DNA of 58,320 nt, filler included, from Sphacelaria rigidula (taxonomy: Eukaryota): NCBI GenBank assembly GCA_964200075.2. It is 6 parts of 6 records of this genome, joined end to end, with 100 filler letters (N's around TTAATTAATTAA, not from the genome) between each part and the next. Parts side by side here need not be neighbours in the genome. Positions count along the whole stretch, not along the records: positions 29,213 to 38,849 come from CAXNAA020008060.1; positions 38,950 to 48,585 come from CAXNAA020008061.1; positions 48,686 to 58,320 come from CAXNAA020008062.1; 3 more parts are not named here. One strand, given 5' to 3'. Positions within the stretch are counted from its first letter, which is position 1, and each line of letters starts with the position of its first letter. This document shows, piece after piece, positions 37,016 to 49,970 of the stretch. A program made the position numbers and the translations under genes. The notes beneath the pieces are model-generated. The model was not told the origin of the DNA, ran no database searches, and saw only the letters and a list, made by a program, of their open reading frames with translations.

Positions 37016-37121
37016 TGCGAGGATAGAAAAACGCGTTGGGAATCATACGCATGAGGTCCTGCACGAAATGGAACAGCCCCCCAGATGGTCGCGGCCGCGT
37101 AGTGATCATGATCTTCGGCGT
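37016..37121 (-). CDS. RPF1: Ribosome production factor 1 (Brix domain), first exon visible in contig
   Basis: ttttcacAG...GTaagt; TPKIMITTRPRPSGGLFHFVQDLMRMIPNAFFYPR; the Brix domain starts at PKxxITT; ends phase 1. Confidence 0.92.
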
Positions 37122-38799
37122 CTGTGAAAAGAAACAGACGCAAAGGGAAGGATGGTGGCACGACAACGACAAAAAGAGCGGTAGAGCGGTGTAGTAGAGG
37201 TGCGTGTACATAAAGCAAAGGTTGCAGCGTAATCTTGGTAGCTTCCACTTCATCAGGCTGACTGGTTGTCAGCACAACTTGCTTCGCATCAAGCACTTGG
37301 GGTCTTAGCCGCCTTTTGTTACCCTTTTGACATCCGGTAAAGGCCGTTCACTGGCCGTCAAAGGAGCGTAGCTGCCCAGTAAATCAAGGGGTGGGCGTAG
37401 CGACAGTTCCCAAAAACCATATGCCAAAAACCTCAACATCGGTAGATCGGGGGGAGAGGGTGGCACGTTCCACCCTGTCGAAGTTGTACTACCAACTCAT
37501 AATTATATCCAGAAACAGATAGATGATAATACCTGTGCGATGCCTAAATTAAGAAAATCTGTGTATGGCTAGTACAATAACTGTGAGAATTCCACATTTT
37601 GCCCGATTTACATAAATGAATATACGATGACTGAGAAATCCTCTTCACACTGGAAACAGGCGCGGAAAATTTGTATTTTGGTTGAAAGCATCTAGAAGAA
37701 GTCCACCTTTGGCCTAAAACGATCGCTGATACCGGAGGATAACGAATAAGACTTCTCAAGCCCTCGTGAGTGAACACATGATTGCGGATCCTCAAACTTG
37801 CCACACGTGTCCTTTCAGTACAGCGCTGCAGTATGTACCCCTCACTTCTTTACAAAAACCTACTGTAGACAGACATGCCCTACGTCCCACTCGCTAAAAA
37901 ATGAAGGCTTGACTCATCCTTTCGATACGTTATCATGCAAAATGTCTCACGTTCATGACGACAGTGTAGGATTTAACAGGTCAACTCTGTGAAATCCGTG
38001 GGAGACACAAACGGCACGATTGGGTCGGGTGGTGTATCATCATCACATCAGGCCCACTTTGGCGCCTGAAACATATGTTATCCGCGTGTCTCCTTCCTCT
38101 CTGCACCTTGATGTCAGATTCGGGGCAGTAGGTATGCCCATCAAGTTACAACTTCTGATAAACATCGATTCAAGCACAAGACTGTTCGAGGAGGCACGAA
38201 CTGGACATGAGATATTGAAAAACGATTAAAAACCGAACGGGACTACTCCGCAATACTTGTCTCTCGACATGCCGGGTATTTGAGGTCCGGCGTCCGTTAG
38301 AGCTAATATAATAAACAGCTTCTTCCTCGGAGTCCGTCAAGTCCAAGGCTGAAGCGACAGAGTTTCAGGGCACCAGTTCTACGGCATTTGATCGGCAGAG
38401 TGCGGGCGACCCCGCCGTAGTGCATGAGGTTGCTGCTCACAATCGAGTTGCATGAACGGACTAGTATGAGACCTTGTAGTGAGTGATCTAGTTCACGTTT
38501 TCAACACCACGACAATGAGCACGATAGGGTGGTAGCGAATTTCAAGCGATTGCACCAAGACGGACCCCTCGTTGAACCCCACTGTATCCCTCTATTACTT
38601 GATTCGGATAGGCGTGAGCTCTTGCACGCCAAACTAAACTTAAATCCTCTACGATTCCATGTACAAACAACCACTCCAGGCACAGCTGTCCACGTCTGTG
38701 GGGGTAATTAATGTTTAGGCTTGTGTCTTGTTTCCCATTCCTATCATTCCCTCTTGTAAGCCCTCCCCATTCTCCTCGACCCCCTCCCCCCTTCTGCTC

Positions 38800-38849
38800 C
38801 GTCTCGAAAGGGATGCGTGGTCAATGGTCAGACGACTAAGGCAAGCAAC
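38800..38849 (+). repeat. RTE-like LINE 3' tail at contig end
   Basis: CGTCTCGAAAGGGATGCGTGGTCAATGGTCAGACGACTAAGGCAAGCAAC. Confidence 0.75.
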
Positions 38850-38949
38850 NNNNNNNNNNNNNNNNNNNNNNNNNNNNNNNNNNNNNNNNNNNNTTAATTA
38901 ATTAANNNNNNNNNNNNNNNNNNNNNNNNNNNNNNNNNNNNNNNNNNNN
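38850..38949. other. Artificial contig spacer
   Basis: Same 100-nt linker. Confidence 0.97.
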
Positions 38950-39489
38950 AGAGTATGTGTGAATCTCGCTCAGGCGACGCACGGCGCGATATTAGGAGTT
39001 GGACGCTGAAATTTTGACAGCAGCTTTTCATGAACGAACTGCAGAAGATCACGGGACCAGCAAATGAAAAAAGTAGAAAAAAAGAAGTTATGGGCATTTG
39101 AAATTTCCGCAAAAACAAGATATTGCCATAAGCCCAAGAAAAAAAAGTAAAATCTGCAGCTGGACTCGTGAAGTACCAGTTCCTTGGGTGCAGAAGGTCT
39201 GCTTGAAATTCCAGCTTAAAACTGGTCGAATTGGGCCGTGCGTTCAACATTTTCCGTGACGCTGCTGCACCCCTATAAATCAACTGATGGGAGACTCGAA
39301 TTATGGGGGTCATGAGTTCAAATCCCGACATATTCTTTTTTTTTTCGTCTGTCGTTAAGGTCATACATTATGCAGTACATTTTTCTTCATTTTTTTCTTC
39401 ATTCAGCGGGGGTGCCGTGTGTCACCAGGTTGGTCTACACTTCACAGTGATATGCTTACATCGGGTTCATTCGGGAAACTGGGGAAGCT

Positions 39490-40354
39490 GTGTACTCATT
39501 TGTTGCTTGCCTTGGTAGTTTGACCATTGACAACGCATCCCTTTCGAGACGGGGCGCAATTGCACGGGGGATATGGTGAATGCAGAAAAGGGATCGGCGG
39601 GTATCCCTGCCAGCTCCGCGCATCAGCCCGGTACATATCGTGCTACTCCTTCCATCTCTTCCCTCCTGCTCTCCTCAACCGTCGTTGTTGTCGCATCATT
39701 CTGGGACTTTTTACGTCTTCTTCCCCGACTTTCCCCCTCCCAGTGCTCCTCCGTGGCTCCATTCTGAGTTGCGCTGAGTCCTTTCTTGTCTCATTTGTTC
39801 GCGCGTAGTCTGTCAGCCTCCTCCTCGTACTTGTGCCAGAAAGTATTGAACCTCTCAGCCCCCCTCGCCACCACAGTGTACCACGACGCCCCCCCCCCAC
39901 CCTTCTTCGTGGCTGTGGTCCTCGGGGCACTGCCGATTCCAAACGTCAGTGGTGTTTTGTCCGTTGAACCGTCGGTGGCTCCAAACGCTTTGAAGTTGTC
40001 CTTCAACGATTCTTGCCAGTGGTGCAACGGATGGCCTCGGCCCGTCCCCCCCACGAGTTTGCTGAACATCAACCGCTGTGTGAGCCGCCCGCCGTGTTGT
40101 CTAGCTAGAGCTCCTGCGAACAGGAGCCACCTGATGGTCGCTTCCACGCGCTGGCCCCCGGTCTTCTTGGAGCTTTTGGCATACAAGCGCGGTCGGTAGG
40201 TGCCACGCTTGCGGCGGTATCCGCTGACTCGCAGGAGAAGCCGGTGGTACGTTGTCAGTGACTGATGATGGTCACGGCGTGGCACCCACGTGATGCATCT
40301 GTACAGAGGGGTCTCCATCGCCTCCGCGTTCAGCTGTCGGGCCTTGAGTCTCAA
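39490..40354 (-). mobile_element. 3' fragment of an RTE-like non-LTR retrotransposon (degenerate ORF C-terminus plus 3'UTR)
   Basis: Translation ...AMETPLYRCITW...HRLLLRVSGYRRK...VEATIRWLLFAGALARQHGGRLTQRLMF...GRGHPLHHWQESLKDNFK resembles the post-RT region of RTE elements (LLYGxxTW, RLxxxGHxxR, RLxKxxxF, GRPxxxW). Its 3' tail recurs at 19476, 38800 and 47669. Confidence 0.8.
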
Positions 40355-40628
40355 CGGTGCTGTCGGCTGGTCGAGAATATGTCGGGATAACTCACTGAGG
40401 CGTCCCTACGCGGCTGGACTCCGGCCGTTGATCTTGTGGGTGCCCTCGCCATCTTTGTTCACCAGGCCGCCCGGGTTTGGCTCGTCTATTAATAGCGTAG
40501 GAAATAAGTTGCACCTGAACCAACCAATGCGGGATCTAAACAGAAAAGCAACGCGGTCTCATTTCGGGCTGTTCAAAGATCCTACCGTGTGGCTCAGAAA
40601 CGTGACTCTCAGCAATCTTGGATGAGTT

Positions 40629-42097
40629 CACACGTCGGACGGATCAATTTCTTCAGGATCCGGGTGATACAGCTCAAGTATGAACAAACATGTGTACCCT
40701 ATTCGGGTGATACAGTTCAACTAGTTATGGAACGGTCCTCGTGATCCGGATCTCATCGATCAAGTGGGAGGTATCTTGTACGGGTTATGAGGATACACAG
40801 GTTCTCCTTGACGTCTCGTGTACACCTGATTCGGATTACATAGGTGTGCCCAAGGAGATCATGTACAGATCACACGGGTTATACAGATCATCATCAGACA
40901 GACATGTACGGATCGCACGGGTCATACAAATCATCATCGGACAGACATGCACGGATCGCACGGGTCATACAGGTCAGTCATCACGCCATGTGTGCAGAGC
41001 AACCGGGTTTATAGGTTACCACAAGAGAAATATATATAGATGAAACGTGTCGCAAAGGTCATTCAGCTGATGATCGAGCAAGCTTGCGGGAGATACCCGT
41101 GCTTCAACGCCGGCAATGTACACGTCAATTACTCTCCTCCGGGATTTTCGTCTCATGCCGGCAAAACGTCATGATGAACCAATCAAGCATATGGCTGTAT
41201 CTTGCTGTTTTTTTCCCGCCGCGCATGAGTGTACACCCTGAAAATACGAAAATAGCCGTCCATACAGCCGCTGGCACAACTGAACACTGTTTATTGTCTA
41301 CTTCATTCGGATGCACCGACAGTACACGTCTCCAAAAAAGACACGCGGCTCTACCGTGGAACCACCCGGAATAAAATATAAGTACTTCATGTTCCATATG
41401 CCCGGGTTGCTACAACCAACATACGGACTGTGAACATGCACATTGTACCCAGGGCCATACGGGTTAGGAGGTGAGGATCACTGAATACTGTTCATTGTAT
41501 ACTTCATTTGGATGCGCCGACAGTACACATCTTTGGAAAAAATATGCAGCCCTACCGTGGAACCACTCTGAATGAAATATACGTACTCCATGTTCCGTAT
41601 GCCCGGATTGCTACAGCCAACGTCGGGACTTGTAAACATGCATTGTACCCGGGCCATACACGTTAACAGGTGAGGGAGCTGAATACTGTTTTCTTGCATA
41701 CTTGACCCGGATCTTACGGGTGCGGGAAACTGTTTTTTGGACACTAGATTCGGGTTTCACGGATCAGGGGTAGCTTTTGGTGTACTTGAGATGCGGATCG
41801 CACGGGTCGACAAGAAGCTACTGCGCTTGCCTGACCCGAGTTATATAAATCACAATTATGTGATGTTGTACACATGACACAAGTCTGCAGATAACTCGTA
41901 CACAAAAGTGTTCGTGTGAACGGGGTCGTACAGCTCATCGCTCGGCAAAGACGTGTACGGGTCAAACGGATCAAACGGGTCCTACGGATCAGCATCGGAG
42001 AAACGTGCACGGGTGGCAGGTCATCTCGGGAGGATCATGATCTGTGCCCCAAATGAGCTGACCCGGACCTGTCACGAGCTGATCTGTCCGATGTGTG
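40629..42097. mobile_element. 1.47-kb non-autonomous TIR element with 8-bp TSD (hAT-like), GATC-rich with internal tandem repeats
   Basis: TIRs CACACGTCGGACGGATCA / TGATCTGTCCGATGTGTG; flanks GATGAGTT / GAAGAGTT (7/8); internal ~43-bp repeats at 40870-40975 and a ~200-bp tandem duplication at 41279-41695; no credible ORF. Confidence 0.78.
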
Positions 42098-45000
42098 GAA
42101 GAGTTGACACTGTAGTAAAACATGTCCGAAATCCCCACGACGAAATGCATATGGGCACCTGGTCACTGTTCAGCTGGGTGCGGTGTACTTGTTGGGCGGA
42201 AAATCGTTCGGTATTGAGGGAGTAGCAACAATTCGGATTACTCTGAAGAGTCATTTAGCAGAATACTTTGACCTCTTGCTCCTTTTTCAGTGAACACGAA
42301 CACATTTACCCTCACCTCTCCTTCATTTTGGCGCCCAAATAACCCAGGCGTGAAACACGGCGCACTGGCATGCCCAAGCCCTCGACGGTGTCAATCGCAC
42401 ATCTCGGTGGTGGCTTTATAGCTGTCAGAGTCGGTGAAGGCTTGTTCTGCTATCGCTGTATCTTCATGCAGACAAACCATCAAGGACGAAAACCGATTCT
42501 CGTGATTCTGTACGGCCGGGCTTCCTTATAAGAAATCGAATCCCGTATTGAACGTTGTGACCAAGGTAGCGGGCTGTGCAAAGTCGTGTGAGTGGCCATA
42601 CAGGTAAATGTCCCAATTGAGATACGATCAAGGCACCTGGCGGGAAATGCTCTGTTTCGTGGGAACCATGGCTCGTAAAACAATGCCCATGGTATCCGGA
42701 AAGAGCGAGTCTATCCTCCATCACCCAAGCTGTTCAAAACTAAGAAATAATCATACCAAGTTGCAGGAGTATCAGTGGAGTATGACTCTATTGACGCAAG
42801 GCATGCAGCCGAAATACCTCCCGTTGCGACTAAGATACACTTCATGTAACAGTTGATTTATACCGACCTGGGACGTTTCGCACCTTGTCCTTCGGTACAA
42901 ATGTTCGACCTGGAACGTTTCAGACCTTCGCCTTTGGTACTTTGAGATTGGTGCGATCCGTTTTGCAGAGAGAAAAAAATCATGCGGGGATGAAAATGGT
43001 TTACCCCCGGTTTTCGGAACAAATCTGGTCATTAAGTCTGTGGTTGGCCATACCGTACTCGATGATGATTTTTTTTTAACCCATCGAAATATGTTTTGAC
43101 CGTGATGTCCCGAAATTTTGTGTTCATGGTTTACGATTATGGCACTAGTAAGGTACTGAAGGGTCTCCGCGCCCCCAGTGGGCGTGGGGACCCGAACTGC
43201 AAGCGAGAGCACGGCGGTAAAAAGTGGATGAAGAACAACACAGTGTCGTTGAAAGCTGTTGCTGAGAATATGTCCCTGTGCGCGGGTGAGAGTGAAAAGG
43301 CGAGGTACGGCGTAGTGCGTGATGACCGCGCGGGTACATTCTGAGGTTATGAAGATTCTGCCCAGAAGCAGATTTCTTGGTGAGGATGCCATTTAAAAAC
43401 CATACGATAACGGCGTGGAGGCTGCAGCATTCGGATAAAGCATGCAGAAGAAGAAACAAAACACCGCTAACAACGACTGAAATATTTACGAGCAGTGCCG
43501 CAAAACTACGCGGAAGGCTAGCGAACAGACGCCCTGACGTCCCTACTGCTTTTTTGTTTTGTTCCAACTATGCCCATGCGGGCACTGATGCAAGATGCAA
43601 GTGCACGAAATATAACTCGAAGGAAACCTACGAAGTAAGCAAGTAAGGATTGGATCCCGGCGTCCAACTCTGATCGAAGGGGACATACAGATGAGAGTGC
43701 AAGGATCCCATATTCGACGAGAACTACAGATGTGAAACGAACACAACAGGAGCTTAACGGACGAGAAGTGGTAACTACTGAAGCCGGGAGGGTTCAACCC
43801 GACCCAAGAGGACAAAAAATGCGAGACAAACACAATGTGTGAGATAATAACGGACCCGACTCCAACGATGAACACAAGGGACCGCGCAGATGTGAAGGCA
43901 AGCAACTCTGTTTACGAGACAACAAAAGGAAGGTAGGAATGGAATGCAAAACAAGCTGTGGAGGGGGTCGAAGATGGTGCGAATCGAAGCGAAACCTACA
44001 TCACCGAGATGGACGCAACTCTGAAAACGGCTGAGCTGGAAGACAAACGAAAACCACTTCATTGCTGATTCCCGCCGTGTTGTTGTTCGCGCAGTTCACG
44101 CGGTCCCTCTCTCGCCTGCGCTGTCGTTGTGCAGCCGTCATGACTCGTTGTACACCGACGTTGGTGTCCATGGAGGCACGTACTACTGCTCATGACGTGT
44201 TGTGGATGCCGTCTTTTTTTCGCTGCGGTGGTGAGTGTAGGTTGTGGGTGCGTGTGCATTGACTGTGTGGTTCAAAGGTCGGCGGGCGTCTAGATTTTGT
44301 TCATCTAGAACGGCGGCGTGATCCCGAACGTTACACCTGGACTGTGAACACGAACGTTTTCGCGGAAAACTCCGCGGGTGACACACACACGATATACACC
44401 CGAGGTGGGAAAAAAGATGCACTGCTTTGTCGACGGGTCCTTGTGTGGTGGAGCGTGTGTGCATTAGGGCGGGACGTTTCCGACTACAGTTGAACGGGTT
44501 ATCTTGCGATTCCGCTTCACAGACACACAGTGTTCGCTGCTTGCATCATGGTGTGCACACAAGTCAAGCTGCGATGCGACATAACCCAACCTCTCTGCTA
44601 CTGCTGTAATCTGGCGTTGACGTACGCGCCTGACTGACCCGCGCCTGACGGACCCTGCAAATCCCAGACTCGTGGGGACAATGCTTCGGTTAATGCGTGT
44701 GTCGGGTCCGTGTGGTCGGGAGGTGTCGAGGTTTTGGGAGGGGAGAAAAGGTGTCCCATGCTCGGCACTTCTTCATCGCTGGCGTGATGCTGTGCACACA
44801 GACGAGGCTGTGTGCTTGCGCATTTCATGGATCGCCACGACGTGCGTAGTAGGATATGTGTGGTGTGCCGCTATGCTCTTCGCCCGAGTAGAGATGCCAA
44901 TAGATCTGTACATCGACCGGCGGGTTAGAAGGAGGTCTGCAACGAAAGGGTAGAGTCTAGTCGATGCACACATCTGCTGCACCTCCTGCTGCTGTGTTGA

Positions 45001-45709
45001 CTACACGTTCCCTCTCCCCTCGCCACCATCGTGTCTTGACCCCCCGGACCTCAACCGTGGACCTGTGTCGCTGTGGCGAGAGAGGTACGTCGACTTGAGA
45101 CCCACACAGAGTCGTGCATCGTCAAAAAAATAAATTGACAAAAAATGTCAACTCACGCCATTTAAGAGATGCGACGGGCCATGCTTCAGTGAGTACATAA
45201 TTAGGGTGATGACATACGTTGAGCGATGCCCCCTAATCACTCATTTTTCACCAAAAATCGACAGTGACTACGGAAATGGAATCCAGTTCCACATCTTTTC
45301 CTTTGACAAAAAGACTTTACGCATCACAATATATCACGATGTATATCACTTTTCGGCAACACAGAGATCCGAGAGTCAATTCAGGGACAAAGTTGGCCTA
45401 TCCTCAGAATTTCGGGTCAAAGTTGGGCACCCTTCTCGGTATTTGGCAATGCCGAACTCGACGAACACATTCGTAGAGCTTCATGCTTTCCGTTTGTTTA
45501 GAGCTGCCCAACGAATGGAATTAGTGTCGACATAATTCTTGCAGAAGTTGGTATTCGACGGATGGGGCGGAGTTCCAATGAGACGCGCTTGCTGACCCCC
45601 CCCTCGTTTCCCCTCACGACATTTTCACCAAAATCGACCATGACTACAAGAACGGCAGACGCAGCTCACAGACAGCAGCGAGCACGAAACAAAGCAAACC
45701 AAACAGCGA

Positions 45710-46520
45710 AAACTTCGCCGAATCTTTCCCGGCGATGACCTTGTACTCCTTGGTCCCTTGCGGAGTAACACCTACGGCGAAGATATCCACGAGTGGCGTG
45801 TGCAGGGTCGGGTGGGTGGGTACGGTACAGAGTACCACGTCGAGTATCGGGTGATACGCACAGTACTAGCACCACCTCTGATAAGGGTACTAGCAACACC
45901 TCTATGGACAGTATGGATAATACCTCTATCAAGAGTAAGTGCAATCAACACAACAGGCCGGAACAGCAATGAGCAGGCAAACGCCAAGTGCTGTGTTTGC
46001 TAAGAATGCGGCAAGAATGAAACCGTTTCAAACGCAGCATAATTGAGAGCAGACAAAAACCACTCCACAGCGACAGCCGCTGCCTCTAGCTCTAGACACA
46101 TACCTTTTATCACGCAAACGGAGCGGCTCGTACCAGACTGTGAAGCACCTGTATCGTCAGTGTTTGATATGTGGTCAGCTGCTGGCTTCTCCTCGTCCAC
46201 GTAGTTCTGCGAGGCCGAATAAAACCCCCACATGCGATCTTCTCTGTCAGCCACCACCTTGTCGGCCTCGTAGCTGCGGCTGCTGCGCTCCGTTAGTTGC
46301 GGGTACCTCCGAAGGAACAGGTCGAGCTATTCTCAACCTGGGCCTACTGCCGGGTCCCATAGCACCATTCGGTTGTCGCTGCAGAGTGCCGTAACTGCCT
46401 GTTTCAGGTCATCTCTGTTCAGGCCCAGTTGGCGAGCTGCGGCAAATTTCAGCATATCTTCGACGGAAATTTCTTCCTCCGTCGACAGTACAGTACCCTG
46501 GCCATCCTTGCCAGCTATAT
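45710..46520 (-). pseudogene. Degenerate pogo/Fot1-like transposase (CENP-B-type HTH through the first catalytic Asp motif), probably two exons
   Basis: 46149-46490 translates as GTVLSTEEEISVEDMLKFAAARQLGLNRDDLKQAVTALCSDNRMVLWDPAVGPG*E*LDLFLRRYPQLTERSSRSYEADKV...FYSASQNYVDEEKPAADHISNTDDTG, with the TVLxxxEE, GPGxxWxxxFLxRHPxL and IxNxDETG pattern and two in-frame stops. Confidence 0.75.
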
Positions 46521-46926
46521 GCCTAATTGGTACTGTACGCTAATAGTGACATTCACTCTTCATAAAAAAGGTACGGAATCATGCCCATCTACTCTCTCAT
46601 GCTGTACCCGAACGAGTTGGTCATCGGTCGAAAACAGACGAAACGTTCGAGGCGTGTAACTACCCGCAATGTCAATCATGTCATGATTTCTGGCTGCTCC
46701 CATCGGAGTGGCCCCGACGCCCAAAATGTGGAGGATATAACGAGAGTAAAGGACATTCATCCCAAGCGAGCAGAAAAGGCGCTGATAACGCCCGGTTTTT
46801 CTCTTTTCTGCATGGTTCCCGTGCGTGCTCTTCTTTCTTCTTCTTTCCTCCTTGCTAACGTGTACGATTTTTTCCTACCCCGACTCTAGTTTCCGTGTCT
46901 ATGTTTTCATGTGCACCCCCAGCCGG

Positions 46927-47280
46927 GCCGGTCGCCCCGGTGGCTCGTCTGTAAGCTCGACACCTCCTGACGATTGGGACGTTGGTTCCAATCTCGGTGA
47001 AGTCACACGATCTGGGATTCTCGCTCACACCATGGCAAACAGTGGAGAGCGACTATGTCGTGGGCACACAAAGTTCGACTTCACGGTCGACATGGGAAAG
47101 GGCCTGCTGAACCCTTCTCGGGAAGAAAAGTAAGGCAAGCACCGCAGAATGAAGGTGGAGTGCTAAACCACCACAAAAGATGCCAAAATTATAGTATAGA
47201 CCTTTCTGCTGTGTGACCCCGGGTGATGCGTCCACATATACCGAGGTGTTGAATGGCGTTCAGAATAGATATTATTACAA
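46927..47280 (+). mobile_element. tRNA-derived SINE, full length
   Basis: Head GCCGGTCGCCCCGGTGGCTCG...GGTTCCAATC; body and tail collinear with 34909-35250. Confidence 0.78.
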
Positions 47281-47668
47281 CTCCCCCCTCACACTCGTTT
47301 CACGCCCATCTTACATACTCTGTACACACAAGTGCACCGTACTGTCCATGTAACGTTGCTGTTTGCCGGGGGTGGTGATCCACGAAAGGCAGTTGCTCCA
47401 TGTAATACGGCTGTATTCCGCCCTGCCGAAGATTAAGATTAGGCTCATTCTATACGTTGGTATTGACTCTGTACATTTCTCGTCCGTCTTTCGAGTCTTC
47501 TCACCGAACATTGAAGAAACGGCAGTTTCGTTGTTGCCGCTTTTGGCCCACCTGATCCATTCCGCACCCCCATCCCGACGTATCGTGAAAGTTGAGTCAA
47601 GATTCAAACATCATCGTTGTTTCCCTCGAAATATTCATGTGCCTGCCGATGAGTCACGCTACGATAGG

Positions 47669-47735
47669 GGGCGTACTAATTTATTGCTTGCCTTAGTCGT
47701 TTGACCATTGACCACGCATCCCTTTCGAAACGGAG
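47669..47735 (-). repeat. RTE-like LINE 3' tail
   Basis: Reverse complement of the same tail (TTGCTTGCCTTAGTCGTTTGACCATTGACCACGCATCCCTTTCGA). Confidence 0.75.
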
Positions 47736-48077
47736 CACCATGCTNNNNNNNNNNTCTCTTCCTCTCTCTCTTTTGCGCTCTTTCCCCGGCTCCGGTCCCC
47801 CCTGCGACACGGTGGGCCCCGCGGGGGGGGGGGGGGGGGGGGGGGGGGGGCGTCTTTGGTTTCACGGGAAGAGGGGTTCACTGGTGTGTCATACGACGTA
47901 AGACACTGGTGGTGATATTGCATTTGGGTAAAAACAATATCAAGCAGTATGACTCAGCTTTATCTATCGATGAAAGGTGCGTTCGAACAACTGTTGTTGC
48001 TTTCAACCACAATTTGAATAGAAATTTCGAGGAGGAAATGCCCAGAAATCCCCGCCGTCCCACCCCCGCGCGCTCCT

Positions 48078-48585
48078 CAGCCTGGCCCTGCGAGAACCCG
48101 GCGCGCTCCGTCCCGGCTTTGTAGGGACGGACCCCCGATGGGGTTGGCGTCGGTTGGCGATGGCGATAAGAAAGACGCCACTCACTGCGTAAGCTAGGCA
48201 ACCAGGTTGACGATTTTTTTTGCTGTAACTATGATGGTAGTTCGAGCTAGATGATGTTGTGCGGGGTGGGCGAACCTCAACTCCAAACACTGGAGATGAT
48301 CGTACGATGTAGTGTTTGAATGGTGAGACACGCATGAGGCGGTGTATCAGCCGTGGCTGTCTCTGGAAGTGGCGATGCCAGAAAATGAAGCAACTCATTG
48401 GAGGCTGTCACCAAAATGCAAGATAATCAGAAGGGTTAAGGCCTAACAATCTTAGCAGGATGCGGCTCGTCCTTCATGCAACTCGCCGAACACACCACGG
48501 TGCTTCGCGCTTGGTGATTAGGTGCGTGTCTGGTATGGCAAAAACCCGGCGTGCTCCGTCCCGGCTCTGTAGGGATGCGAGGTCA
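48078..48585 (-). repeat. R1 near-complete copy at contig end
   Basis: Reverse-complement match to 26632-27162, including both direct-repeat units. Confidence 0.82.
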
Positions 48586-48685
48586 NNNNNNNNNNNNNNN
48601 NNNNNNNNNNNNNNNNNNNNNNNNNNNNNTTAATTAATTAANNNNNNNNNNNNNNNNNNNNNNNNNNNNNNNNNNNNNNNNNNNN
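48586..48685. other. Artificial contig spacer
   Basis: Same 100-nt linker. Confidence 0.97.
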
Positions 48686-49129
48686 AGTGCACTCGTCTCG
48701 ACGAGTGATGGCTCGTCCGACGTATGGAAGTCTTCACGGGATCAAGCCCTCATCAATGACTCGTTATGACGCCCTACTCACCACTACCCGGGTTAACGAT
48801 TGGCGGGGCTTGATTTTATGGATTGCCTCTTGCCCAGGGCGCTTCCAATTTCAACTTATTCCAGTGTTTCTGAATACACACCCGACTTGCTTCCCGGTAT
48901 GCCATTGAATGACCACGAGTCGCAGACAAATGCTCCTCAGGCAAAAAGAAATAGCTTCGAGCGTCAAGCAGACGCATCACCATCTCCTAGGTCGTCATCA
49001 CCCAAAACTCATTCTGCGGCCGGAGGGGGGGGGGGCGACGGACCCTCGTGTACCCCGTTTCAGAAGGGCGGGGCACCCCCCTCATCGACGGATGGAGAAG
49101 GTAGTTGCTGTGTGTGTGCGCATCGAACA

Positions 49130-49970
49130 CGGATCTATTCATGTGTAGGGTACTTCAAATATGCTGCTTGCTGCTGTGTTCGACACTCTGTGCTGATCGC
49201 AGCGCCACGCCTTCGGCAGTGCTACCTGCTCACTATACAGCGACAGAGTGCAATGTAAGAAGGCACACGGCACCACGTCGCATTTTCAGTCTACCCCTGT
49301 CCTGCACTTATTTCGTGCTGTCCTGTGCAGATCGCCACATCATGAACGCAGCCGCTTGTACCTGCGGCCAACGTGAACGCGGGATATCACCCCTCGCTAC
49401 GCGCTATATCGCCACGCCACATTTTGTAAAGCTGTCCGTGTTGCAGCCACAGCGTGCGTTTGCCCTAGGTGGCGCACGCAGGAGGGAAGGGCCGCCTCCG
49501 CCGCTGTAATGGCTGCCTACCTAGAAAAACTTCTGTATTGGCCTTCCTCCTGTGTGACCCTGGCTGGTGCACCTACATATATCGAAAGGTGAAGACTGGC
49601 ATCCAGAATAGATGGGGCGACAACACACCCCTGCGCAGTACACTTAAAACATCGTGTTCGTATTGACTGTAGAAATCTTTGTACACGGTATGGTACATTT
49701 CCACATGCATGTGATGTTACCTCACTGAGATCTTGGTGAGATCGTGAAAAAATCATCAACATCTGGGCGAACTGCAGGTGAGAGGCAATTGCCAAAATAT
49801 TCACCTGTAAACTCCGCTCAAAGTGCACTGTAAGTTGAAATCGCTAGGACACTACCATCACCATCTTGTCGGCTGCCAGACTGTCAGGACGTAGGATCCA
49901 TCAGCATTGCTACTGTCTGTACGGGCATCTTGCCCCGTTGTCGGGCACGTGGGGGGTGCATGACAGACCG
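49130..49970 (-). repeat. R6 copy lacking the TA-MITE but carrying a SINE tail
   Basis: Reverse-complement match to 24170-24291 joined directly to 24841-25620. Confidence 0.75.
49525..49628 (+). repeat. 5'-truncated SINE tail inside another repeat
   Basis: TTGGCCTTCCTCCTGTGTGACCC...CCAGAATAGATGGGGCGACAACACAC. Confidence 0.7.

Noticed and set aside
48905..49100. Possible Ser/Gly/Pro-rich plus-strand exon
   Set aside because: Low complexity, no clear acceptor and no recognisable family.
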